Assembly (NCBI GenBank): GCA_020634555.1
Contig: JACKBK010000018.1
Location: forward strand, 987-64,986
Direction: 5' to 3'
Source of the DNA: Caldilineae bacterium
Lineage (GTDB): Bacteria; Chloroflexota; Anaerolineae; JAAEKA01
DNA: 64,000 bases
The notes beneath the pieces were generated by a model. That model saw only the letters and a program-made list of their open reading frames with translations, was not told where the DNA came from and ran no database searches. Positions 37,250 through 45,637 of this stretch are shown here, piece by piece. The stretch's first letter is position 1. Each line of letters opens with the position of its first letter. Both the position numbers and the translations under genes were made by a program.

Positions 37250-38473
37250 GTGTATAAGCAAACGAGGCAAACCGTTGAGGTGGCTTTCGCAGGGTGCGAG
37301 CTTCCTGGCCCATCAGACGATCCTTATGAAGCCCTGCTGTTTCGCCTTAAGCAAGAGTTTGTTCCGCTGACCGTTCTGTGGGAGTTAACACACAAATGCA
37401 ACCTAGATTGCATCATGTGCTACAATGTCCCACTAGGCCAGTCTGAGTTGACCACGGTTGAATGTTTTAACGTTCTGGAGCAACTTGCGTCTGCAGGCAC
37501 TCTATACCTGACATTTACTGGTGGTGAGATTCTATCGAGGCGAGATTTTTTTCAGATTGCCCAGCATGCGCGATCTCTTGGATTTGCCGTCAGCCTCAAA
37601 ACCAATGGCACGTTGATTACGCCCGAAAAGGCCGATCAAATCGCCGCTCTCGCACCATTGCGGGTTGACATCAGTTTACTTGGCGCGACTGAAAAGACCT
37701 TCGATGCCATTGCCGGCAGCAAGGACACATTGCGACGAGTGTTGCGTGGTGTGAGGTTGTTGCAGGAACGCAACGTACGTGTAAAGCTTCTGTCGTTGCT
37801 GATGGACTTGAACATGCCCGAGCGCGAGCAGATGATCGACCTGGTGATGGAACTGGGCGTAGACTACGAGCAAGCGTTCAAGATATCCACGGCTGACGAT
37901 GGCACAGACAAAGCAGGTGATCATCAACTCTCCCGTGAACAGATGACAGAGGTTCTTGCGGTGGACCACACGCCATTCAGGCCACGGACCGTGAATGCGA
38001 CCTCGCGTACTTGTTCGGTAAGTCTGAGTTCATGTCTGGTGGATCCGTACGGCAACTTGTTGCCTTGCATCGAGTTGCGTATCCCTGCGGGCAATCTGCG
38101 AAATAAGCCGTTCTCCGAGCTATGGTCTAACGGCGGGATTTTCCGTCAACTGCGAAATCAGCATGTCATGAAGAACCTGCCCGATTGCTGGATATGTCCA
38201 ATCAACCGCTATTGCGAAGGGCGCTGTTCTGGATTGGCTCTTAAGGAACACGGAGACCTTTATGGCGGCCATCTGTTGGCGTGCCAGCAGGCACAGGCCC
38301 GTTTTGCATCGATCTTTCCCAATGAACGGGTCCCAGTAACGCCGCTTCAAACACGCCTGCACGGCTCAACAGTCAAGCGACCCGGATCACCACAAGTCGG
38401 CCAACCGATTCCGCTGTTAGAAGGGGTCAACGTTCACCCAACCTTCTTTATGGAAACGAACGGGTCAGTATAG
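37250..38473 (+). CDS. Radical SAM enzyme with a C-terminal SPASM domain (peptide-maturase type)
   Basis: 407 aa with a GTG start. CNLDCIMC (CxxxCxxC) followed by TFTGGEILSRRDF. SPASM cysteines CSVSLSSCLVDPYGNLLPC .. CWICPINRYCEGRC .. C. Confidence 0.85.
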   Translation: MYKQTRQTVEVAFAGCELPGPSDDPYEALLFRLKQEFVPLTVLWELTHKCNLDCIMCYNVPLGQSELTTVECFNVLEQLASAGTLYLTFTGGEILSRRDFFQIAQHARSLGFAVSLKTNGTLITPEKADQIAALAPLRVDISLLGATEKTFDAIAGSKDTLRRVLRGVRLLQERNVRVKLLSLLMDLNMPEREQMIDLVMELGVDYEQAFKISTADDGTDKAGDHQLSREQMTEVLAVDHTPFRPRTVNATSRTCSVSLSSCLVDPYGNLLPCIELRIPAGNLRNKPFSELWSNGGIFRQLRNQHVMKNLPDCWICPINRYCEGRCSGLALKEHGDLYGGHLLACQQAQARFASIFPNERVPVTPLQTRLHGSTVKRPGSPQVGQPIPLLEGVNVHPTFFMETNGSV

Positions 38474-38498
38474 CACTCAAAAGTCAAAGGAGCATACC

Positions 38499-38693
38499 AT
38501 GAAGACTTTCGATTATTCGACCAACAACCATTCCGTTCAGCGCGCTCCTCAGCCGTGGCAAGAGCCAGCCATCGCCTTCGAACGTTCGCTGATGGCGGAA
38601 GCCCAGGATGGCATCGGTCCTCGCAATGCACCTTCCGGTATCTTGGGGCCGCTTGCCACATCCGGGAGTACTACCACCTCCACTTGTCTTTAG
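38499..38693 (+). CDS. Small 64-aa ORF; candidate RiPP precursor peptide
   Basis: Starts 25 nt after the rSAM stop, with a strong AAAGGAG 6 nt before the ATG. Sequence MKTFDYSTNNHSVQRAPQPWQEPAIAFERSLMAEAQDGIGPRNAPSGILGPLATSGSTTTSTCL, with a Ser/Thr-rich C-terminus and a single Cys. No homology evidence is available. Confidence 0.5.
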   Translation: MKTFDYSTNNHSVQRAPQPWQEPAIAFERSLMAEAQDGIGPRNAPSGILGPLATSGSTTTSTCL

Positions 38694-38709
38694 TACAGTT
38701 TGGCTGCGC

Positions 38710-38762
38710 CTGATCCAGACCTACCTGAACAGTGCTAGGTGGTTCTACCAGGTCTGGATCAG
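38710..38762. other. Long hairpin downstream of the small ORF; possible terminator or processing site
   Basis: CTGATCCAGACCT (38710-38722) pairs perfectly with AGGTCTGGATCAG (38750-38762). The loop is 27 nt and there is no U-tract. Confidence 0.4.
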
Positions 38763-38907
38763 ATAGCGTAGCTCTCTTTAGATTCGCTGAAATCGGCTGA
38801 TGCCAGACCAAGCCGTGTCGCTCCTTCAACGACATGGCTTTTTTGTATGGCTGCAAAGGTTTATAGGATTGTAACAAATCGTCCCCAGGCGCTATGGTAT
38901 AATTATC

Positions 38908-39012
38908 GTAACAGCTCAGCCCTCACTGCTGCGTCCCTCCCGCCTCCGCGGGAGTCTAGTGCCCGCGAAGCCTTGATTCCTGCTTCCGCGGGAATGACGG
39001 GTGAGCAGTTGC
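38908..39012. mobile_element. Short (105 bp) variant of the GTAAC-terminus MITE family, copy D
   Basis: Termini GTAACAGCTCAGCCC / GGGTGAGCAGTTGC. The interior retains CTCCGCGGGA and TTCCGCGGGAATGAC modules. It lies in the 5' region of the C25 peptidase gene. Confidence 0.7.
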
Positions 39013-39072
39013 TAGTTAACGAATAACAACGGCAAACACTGAATAGTCTAAGGCTCGATTAAGGAATACATC

Positions 39073-42000
39073 ATGCGATCACAATTCTGGAAGTCCCTCT
39101 TTCTAATTGCCGTAGTGGCAACGTTGGCAGGAATTCCCCCTGCAACCGATGCTCAGGTAAGCCAACAGGTTACGAAGCGCCGCATTCAAACTCCACTGTA
39201 TGATCTTTCGTCTACCGGGCTTTCAGTTCCCGACAGTGCCACGAACAATGTACCCGGTGCACCGCAGTTGCCTGTCAAAGGCTTTACTGTTCAAGTGCCC
39301 ATGGCAGAAAGCTGGGCTGTGACATTTGAGTCGACAGGAAGCCAGATCTTGCCGGACTCCGTGGTTATCCCCTCAGTTCCAGTGCCCGACCTGAATTTGA
39401 ATACACCAGCAAACTGGTCAAGTGACCTGGACAGTTTGCCATCAGCCGTTCCTGTCGTTGATCAACCTGATGCGTCGATCTATGCTGTCAACGCATTCTA
39501 TCCCGAATCACCGGTCGTTGTGGGTGAGGCGCAGATTCAAAATGGTCAAAAGGTGTTACCGGTTCGCGTCTTCCCTTTCCAGTACAATCCGATTACACAC
39601 CAGGTCCGTTATCATCCCGACATAGAGGTCACTGTCACGGTATCAGGAGCAGGAGTCCCGGAAACAACCGCCACCGTTGCGGAGGATTATAGTGGTCAGG
39701 CTGTGCCGGAGACCGCAGGAAGGGTTCTGCGTATTCACACTGAACAGCGTGGCTTTTACCATCTTACCTATGATGATTTGTTGGCTGCTGGGGTTACAGT
39801 GGGGCCGGGCGGGAGGAACCCAAACAACTTCGCGATGGTGTACAAAGGCGATCCGATCGACATCCAGTTGACCGGAGCTGATGACAACAGCTTCGACCAG
39901 GGTGATTTGGTAGTTTTTTACGCTGTGCCGTATGACCTGGGTCGATACCAGGACTACAACGTCTACTATTTCCTCGAGGACGGAGCTGCGTATGCGTCAC
40001 AAATCGCCTCCCGGCCTGTCACCGCGAGCTTCACACCGACCACTGCTTCAGCTATCACGCAGACATTGCATGTGGAACAGAACCTGGACTATCGCTCAAC
40101 CTATGAACGCCCTAAGCGTGACGATCATTTCTTTGATACTGCGGTTTTTGCCAACGTGTCTACTCCAGTGGTCACGCGTACCTACGCATTAACGCTTGAT
40201 GATCCATTGGCGGTTTCCGGCGACGCTAAGCTTTCTGCGGTGATACACGGCGGCGACGATAGCAACGTCACCTTCAACCCGGACCAGTCGATGCGCCTGC
40301 GATTCAACAACCAGGACATCGGTATGTATCAATGGGACGGCAGTGTGGACTATACTGTTGATGAGATTGTGCCGGCCGCCTCGCTCCAGACAAACTCCTC
40401 TGTCGACTTGACTGTTGCCCTCAACCAGCTCCCCGGTATCACAAGCTATTGGGTATCTCCCGATTGGGTCGAGTTGACCTATCCGGCCCTGGCCGACGCA
40501 GAGAACGACCGTATGTTCATCGAGGGTGTTGTCGCCGGCGGCGGCAACATCGTCACGACTGGCTTCTCGACCAGCAGCGTATCAGTTTATGACGTGCGCG
40601 ACCCGATCGCTCCCAAACTCCTGAGCGGGGTCGGCGCTCAACTTGACGGGTCTTCCTATTCGATCTACTGGACAGAGACCGAAGCGCAACCAGCTTACTT
40701 TCTCACCACAGAAACCGCCATACTCGCGCCGATCGCTATCGAAGTTGACCAACCATCAGGCTGGCGTTCACCCACAAACGACTTCGATTACATCGCCATT
40801 ATTGGAACTGAGCGCAATGCGACCGGCACGACATCGCTAGGCGCAGAGCTAGGCAATGCCGTTCAACCGCTGCTGGACCATCGCAGCGCCGAGGGGCTTC
40901 TGGTGGCCAAGGTAAACCTGCAGGATGTCTACGACGAGTTCAGTAACGGGTTCGTCGATCCGGATGCAATCCGCGCTTTTCTCACCTATGCATACAACAA
41001 TTGGCAGCGACAACCACGTTACGTTCTCCTTGTAGGGGATGGACATTATGCATTCCGTAACGAAGTTTCAACTGCTTTGCACAACACTTTACCCCCCTAT
41101 CTAGTGCATGTTGACCCTTGGATCGGTGAGGTTCCGGCTGACTCTCGCTTCGTGAGTGTGGATGGAGAGGACGACTATCTACCGGAGATGGCTATCGGCC
41201 GCATTCCGGCCAACAGCGCGGCAGACGTGACCGCTGTTGTCAACAAGACACTGGCATATGAAGACGCCGTGGCAACACCGGACGGCGACTGGAACCTGCG
41301 TTCCGTCTACGTCGCTGACAACTATTCGGATCCTGCCGGAGACTTTCATGCCTTGAGCGACAACGTGCGTCTCAACTGGCTGCCTTCTTTGTACACCGGC
41401 CAACAGGTCTACTACCGTATGGACCCGGACCACGATACCGGCCCTGAAATGCGCACAGCTATCAAGAATGCGTTCAACCAGGGAGCCGTATTTTTACAGT
41501 GGTTCGGTCATGGTTCCACAGTTCGCTGGGGATCAGTCAGCATGTACAACATTCTGGACCCAGCCAATTTAACTCCAACCGGACAAACACCCCTTACCAT
41601 GCACAATGCCTGCTGGACCGGTTACTTCGCGGTTTTGTCTAACAACTACCAGGCCCTCGGAGAGACATTGGTGAGCGTTCCCAATAAAGGTTCCGTCGCC
41701 GACTACTCCCCCAGCGGGCTGCATATCGGCGCGGCGCTTCTGACGCTGGACCAAGGCATGCACAAGGCTATGTTCAAGGACCGGATCCCGCGAGCCGGCG
41801 ACGTCGTCAAGGCCAGCAAGGACTACTTCTTCGCCAACAGCCTCGCCTACCACGACCTGATCGACTCGATGATCTTCTTCGGCGATCCGGCTCTGGAATT
41901 GCGTCTGCCTACTGCGGACTTCTCTGATTCCACCATGGAAGTTAGCGAGACGACGGCCGACCCTGGTGACACACTGAACTACACCGTCACGCTTACCAAC

Positions 42001-42825
42001 ACCAGCGTGTTTACAGCACCAAATGTCATCCTGACTGCTGATTATCCGCAGAATCTGGTGACAGTGGTCGACGCAGGCGGCGCAGTTGACAACGGCGACA
42101 CGTTGACGTGGACTCTCTCAGACGTGCGGACTGCGGATGCCGATTCAGCGGTCAAGACGTTCTCATTGGCTGTCAACTCTGGCCTCGCGCCCGGACTGTA
42201 CAACGTGACTGTTCCTGGGCAGATTACCAGCGACATCTCATCGCCTGCCGATCTTCAGGTCAACACCGAGGTAAACGCCGCGCCGCTCATGGTCAACTCG
42301 ACATTGCTTGCCCAGCGCGCCTGGATTCCACCCGGCATGCCTGTCACCGTAACCGCAATGCTGCTGAACTACGGCACCGCTCCCTCTCTGGGGACCCAAG
42401 TCACGCTCACCTTGCCCTCTGAACTGGGTGAGCCAACGTGGATGGCTGCCTCAACAGGTTCGACTCCTGTCTACGACGCCGGCGCCCGCCAGGTCCTTTG
42501 GTCCGGTGATATACTAATAGGCGGCGACGAGACAGTATCATTCAGCAGCATTGTGTCTCCCACCCTGACGGCCTGCGGTACTTTCACGGTGACAGGAGAA
42601 GTGACCGACACCCTTGGCGTGCTGACACCGCTCGATGTGGCCGTCAACCTGGCTGTGCCTGACGTCAACTGTACCGGCAGCGTGAACGTGGTGGATGTCC
42701 AACTCGTCGCTGGCCGCTGGGGAGCGACTCTCGGCCAGCCCGAATACCTGTACGAGTATGACCTGAACGGCAACGACGCCATCGATGTCAACGACATCAT
42801 CATCGCCGCCAATCACTGGGAGTGA
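39073..42825 (+). CDS. Secreted 1250-aa peptidase C25 (gingipain-like) family protein with Ig-like/CARDB-type repeats and a C-terminal dockerin-like module
   Basis: Signal peptide MRSQFWKSLFLIAVVATLAGIPPATDAQ. C25 core VLLVGDGHY, His region WFGHGS and Cys region MHNACWTGYF. C-terminal DVNCTGSVNVVDVQLVAGRWG..YDLNGNDAIDVNDIIIAANHWE forms a duplicated Ca-binding dockerin-type segment. Confidence 0.8.
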   Translation: MRSQFWKSLFLIAVVATLAGIPPATDAQVSQQVTKRRIQTPLYDLSSTGLSVPDSATNNVPGAPQLPVKGFTVQVPMAESWAVTFESTGSQILPDSVVIPSVPVPDLNLNTPANWSSDLDSLPSAVPVVDQPDASIYAVNAFYPESPVVVGEAQIQNGQKVLPVRVFPFQYNPITHQVRYHPDIEVTVTVSGAGVPETTATVAEDYSGQAVPETAGRVLRIHTEQRGFYHLTYDDLLAAGVTVGPGGRNPNNFAMVYKGDPIDIQLTGADDNSFDQGDLVVFYAVPYDLGRYQDYNVYYFLEDGAAYASQIASRPVTASFTPTTASAITQTLHVEQNLDYRSTYERPKRDDHFFDTAVFANVSTPVVTRTYALTLDDPLAVSGDAKLSAVIHGGDDSNVTFNPDQSMRLRFNNQDIGMYQWDGSVDYTVDEIVPAASLQTNSSVDLTVALNQLPGITSYWVSPDWVELTYPALADAENDRMFIEGVVAGGGNIVTTGFSTSSVSVYDVRDPIAPKLLSGVGAQLDGSSYSIYWTETEAQPAYFLTTETAILAPIAIEVDQPSGWRSPTNDFDYIAIIGTERNATGTTSLGAELGNAVQPLLDHRSAEGLLVAKVNLQDVYDEFSNGFVDPDAIRAFLTYAYNNWQRQPRYVLLVGDGHYAFRNEVSTALHNTLPPYLVHVDPWIGEVPADSRFVSVDGEDDYLPEMAIGRIPANSAADVTAVVNKTLAYEDAVATPDGDWNLRSVYVADNYSDPAGDFHALSDNVRLNWLPSLYTGQQVYYRMDPDHDTGPEMRTAIKNAFNQGAVFLQWFGHGSTVRWGSVSMYNILDPANLTPTGQTPLTMHNACWTGYFAVLSNNYQALGETLVSVPNKGSVADYSPSGLHIGAALLTLDQGMHKAMFKDRIPRAGDVVKASKDYFFANSLAYHDLIDSMIFFGDPALELRLPTADFSDSTMEVSETTADPGDTLNYTVTLTNTSVFTAPNVILTADYPQNLVTVVDAGGAVDNGDTLTWTLSDVRTADADSAVKTFSLAVNSGLAPGLYNVTVPGQITSDISSPADLQVNTEVNAAPLMVNSTLLAQRAWIPPGMPVTVTAMLLNYGTAPSLGTQVTLTLPSELGEPTWMAASTGSTPVYDAGARQVLWSGDILIGGDETVSFSSIVSPTLTACGTFTVTGEVTDTLGVLTPLDVAVNLAVPDVNCTGSVNVVDVQLVAGRWGATLGQPEYLYEYDLNGNDAIDVNDIIIAANHWE

Positions 42826-42848
42826 TATCCGCGACACTCACACAAAAA

Positions 42849-42877
42849 GCCCCGGCCGATCTGGCCGGGGCTTTTTT
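42849..42877 (+). terminator. Rho-independent terminator of the C25 gene
   Basis: GCCCCGGCC-GATCT-GGCCGGGGC followed by TTTTTT. Confidence 0.85.
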
Positions 42878-42918
42878 ATACGTCGGTTGGATCAACAATC
42901 GCCGCGACTGGTCGTGGT

Positions 42919-43006
42919 GGACTTCGGAAGTCGCTGATTGCTCATCACGACCAGCCTACAACTGTTGAATGCCCTTCGGCTGTTGGCTCGGCGACTTCCG
43001 AAGTCC
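42919..43006. repeat. Inverted pair of the GACTTCGGAAGTC palindromic repeat family
   Basis: GGACTTCGGAAGTCGC (42919-42934) and GCGACTTCCGAAGTCC (42991-43006). The core is the same as the inner arms of the 3867..3996 element. Confidence 0.7.
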
Positions 43007-43035
43007 CGTTGGGTGGCTTTTCAAACAGTATCTCA

Positions 43036-44691
43036 TCACGCCTCCAGGATCGCAGTAACGATCAGCGGCTTGCGGCCGGTGCGGTCGTAGAAGTAGCGCC
43101 CCAACGTCTCCCGGCTCACCTCGTCCAGACCGCGCTTGCTGACGCGGCTGGTCTGACGCAACGCTGCCACCAACCGTTCTTGGGCACCACGTAACAGCTC
43201 ACCGGCTTCCTTCTCATAAACAAACCCGCGCGACACAATCTCCGGCTCGCCGGCCAGCTCGCGGGTCGCGAAGTTCCAGGCAAATGCAACGCTGACGAAG
43301 CCATAGCTCGCCAGAATTTCCCGGTCACGCAGCACAGCAGGTCCAACGTCGCCGATGCCGCTGCCGGCCACAAAGACATAGCCGCCCGGCAGCCGTTCGC
43401 CGACCACCGCGCCCGCCTCATCGAACTCCAGCACGACACCGTTCTCGATAAGCAGGATATACTCTTCGGGAATGCCCAGCCCGCGTGCCAGGCGTGCATG
43501 TGCGTGGAGGTGGCGCAGCTCTCCGTGGATGGGTACGAAATACTCTGGCTTGGTCAGCGCCAGCAGCAGTTTCATCTCTTCCTGGCTGGCGTGCCCGCTG
43601 ACGTGAACGTCGGCCAGTGGCGGATAAATCACGTCTGCGCCGCGGCGAATCAGCCGGTTGATCATCGCAGAAACAACTTCTTCGTTGCCGGGGATCGGCG
43701 TTGAACTGAGGATAACCGTGTCACCCGCTACCACGTCTATATCGCGGTGCCGACCGGTTGCCATGCGCGCAAGTGCTGCCTCCGGCTGCCCCTGAGCCCC
43801 GGTTGTGATGATCACCTGTTTGTCCGGAGCGATTCCCTTGATCTTGTCGAAGTTCACCAGCGTGCCGCGCGGCACATCGAGATAGCCCAGCTTGCGGGCC
43901 GTCTCGACGTTCTTGCGCATGCTGTAGCCCGCCAGCGCTACCTTGCGGCGATGTTGATGTGCGATGTTGAGAATGAGTTGCACTCGGCCCAGCGACGACG
44001 AGAAACTGGAAACAATGACTCGTCCCGGCGCATCGCGGAAGATGGCGTCGAACGCGCCGGCGATGCTGGACTCAGGTGGTGTCCAGCCAGGCCGCTCGGC
44101 GCCGGTGGAGTCGGCCAGCAGCACCATGACGCCCTCGCTGCCCAGCTCCGCCAGCCGGCCGAAGTCAGGTCCATAGCCTTGTACGGGAGTATAGTCGAAC
44201 TTGAAGTCGCCGGTGTGCAGCGCCAACCCAACCGGGGTGCGGATCGCCACCGCCATGCCGTCGGGGATGGAATGCGTCACCGCGATAAATTCGGCTTCAA
44301 ACGGGCCGATGGCTACCTGTTCACCCTCGCTCACAGTGACCCGTTCGCAAACCTTTTGTAAACCGGCTTCCTTGAGTTTGTGCTCGATCATGCCCTGCAC
44401 CAGCCGCGAGGCGTAGATCGGGACCGACAGATTGAGATCCTTCAAGAGGAAGGGCAAGCCACCTATGTGGTCTTCGTGACCATGGGTGATCACCAAACCG
44501 ATGATACGGTCAACCTTGTCGCGCAGATAACTCCAGTCGGGCAGTACCAGGTCCACACCCAGCATGTCGTTGTCCGGGAACATCACGCCGCAATCGACGA
44601 TCAATATCTGATCGTCGTATTCAAACAGGGTCATGTTCTTCCCGATCTCGCCAAGCCCGCCAAGGGGGATTATTCTTAAACTTGTTGTCAT
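43036..44691 (-). CDS. rnj: Ribonuclease J
   Basis: 551 aa. The metallo-beta-lactamase motif VITHGHEDHIGG with a beta-CASP and C-terminal domain architecture is typical of RNase J. Confidence 0.9.
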   Translation of the reverse strand: MTTSLRIIPLGGLGEIGKNMTLFEYDDQILIVDCGVMFPDNDMLGVDLVLPDWSYLRDKVDRIIGLVITHGHEDHIGGLPFLLKDLNLSVPIYASRLVQGMIEHKLKEAGLQKVCERVTVSEGEQVAIGPFEAEFIAVTHSIPDGMAVAIRTPVGLALHTGDFKFDYTPVQGYGPDFGRLAELGSEGVMVLLADSTGAERPGWTPPESSIAGAFDAIFRDAPGRVIVSSFSSSLGRVQLILNIAHQHRRKVALAGYSMRKNVETARKLGYLDVPRGTLVNFDKIKGIAPDKQVIITTGAQGQPEAALARMATGRHRDIDVVAGDTVILSSTPIPGNEEVVSAMINRLIRRGADVIYPPLADVHVSGHASQEEMKLLLALTKPEYFVPIHGELRHLHAHARLARGLGIPEEYILLIENGVVLEFDEAGAVVGERLPGGYVFVAGSGIGDVGPAVLRDREILASYGFVSVAFAWNFATRELAGEPEIVSRGFVYEKEAGELLRGAQERLVAALRQTSRVSKRGLDEVSRETLGRYFYDRTGRKPLIVTAILEA

Positions 44692-44707
44692 TTTGTTTTT
44701 CCTTCTC

Positions 44708-45637
44708 TCAACCGACCAAATCGCTCTCGGCCAGCTTCAACTTTACAAAAATCAATGGCGCCACACCAATAGCCGTCAGACCAACCAGGGCATAGCGCGC
44801 CATGCGGACGGACTGTTCCAGCATCCATGGCTCCAGGTCAGGCACGAAGCGGCCGCCGACATAGACCAACCCCACCAGTGCGATGCCAACAATGTAACGC
44901 AGCACGCGCCGGCCCAGGGAACCTTCGACTCGGAAACCCACCCAGCGCGCCTCGATGATCGATCCAAATCCTGCCCCCATCAAGATACCGCCAACCACAG
45001 CGCCAAACGAATTCGGATACTGGCCGGCCCGATCCGGCGGCAGCAGCAGCACCAACACTACCGGTCCCAACACACTCAACGCCAGCTTGCCTGCAACTGA
45101 CAGACCGGCCCAGCGCGCAGCCAGCCGCTCCTCGTAGCGCAACCATAAGATCAGTATCAATCCGCCCAGCAGCCAGCCGGCCAGCACATCCTGGGGAAAA
45201 TGAGCGCCCAGGTAGAGGCGCGAAACGCTGATCAACAGCGCCATAATCACGGCAAGTATGGTGAACCAGCCGCGCCGCACCTGGACGGCGAGATAGCCCC
45301 ACAGCACGACGCCGGTGGTCTGGGCGTGGTTGCTGGGCAGCCCGTAGGTCGGTTCCTCGACCAGTTGCCGCACCCGGGCCGGATCGGGCCGTGGCAGTTT
45401 GAGCAGCGACTTGACAAATTCGTTGGCCCAGGATGACAGCATCATCAGCACCAGCAGCCGGATCCCCCAGCGCCGGTTGATGCACCAATAGACCAGCGTC
45501 AGCATCACCATGTACGCTTCCGCGTTGCCTAACCAGGTGACAGCCAGGAAGAACGCGTCCAACAGCCCACCGCTGAACGCCTGAATCCAAAGAATGACGT
45601 CCGTACCCCAGGTCTGCAGGCCGAGGAACTGTTCCAT
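44708..45637 (-). CDS. PAP2-family (type 2 phosphatidic acid / undecaprenyl-PP type) membrane phosphatase
   Basis: Motifs KSLLKLPRP, PSNH and SRLYLGAHFPQDV (C1-C3 acid phosphatase motifs), plus additional C-terminal TM helices. Confidence 0.85.
   Translation of the reverse strand: MEQFLGLQTWGTDVILWIQAFSGGLLDAFFLAVTWLGNAEAYMVMLTLVYWCINRRWGIRLLVLMMLSSWANEFVKSLLKLPRPDPARVRQLVEEPTYGLPSNHAQTTGVVLWGYLAVQVRRGWFTILAVIMALLISVSRLYLGAHFPQDVLAGWLLGGLILILWLRYEERLAARWAGLSVAGKLALSVLGPVVLVLLLPPDRAGQYPNSFGAVVGGILMGAGFGSIIEARWVGFRVEGSLGRRVLRYIVGIALVGLVYVGGRFVPDLEPWMLEQSVRMARYALVGLTAIGVAPLIFVKLKLAESDLVG

Noticed and set aside
38671-38877. 68-aa minus-strand ORF downstream of the candidate precursor peptide
   Set aside because: It overlaps the 3' end of the plus-strand peptide ORF and the 38710..38762 hairpin. 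There is no RBS and no motif, so it is likely spurious.
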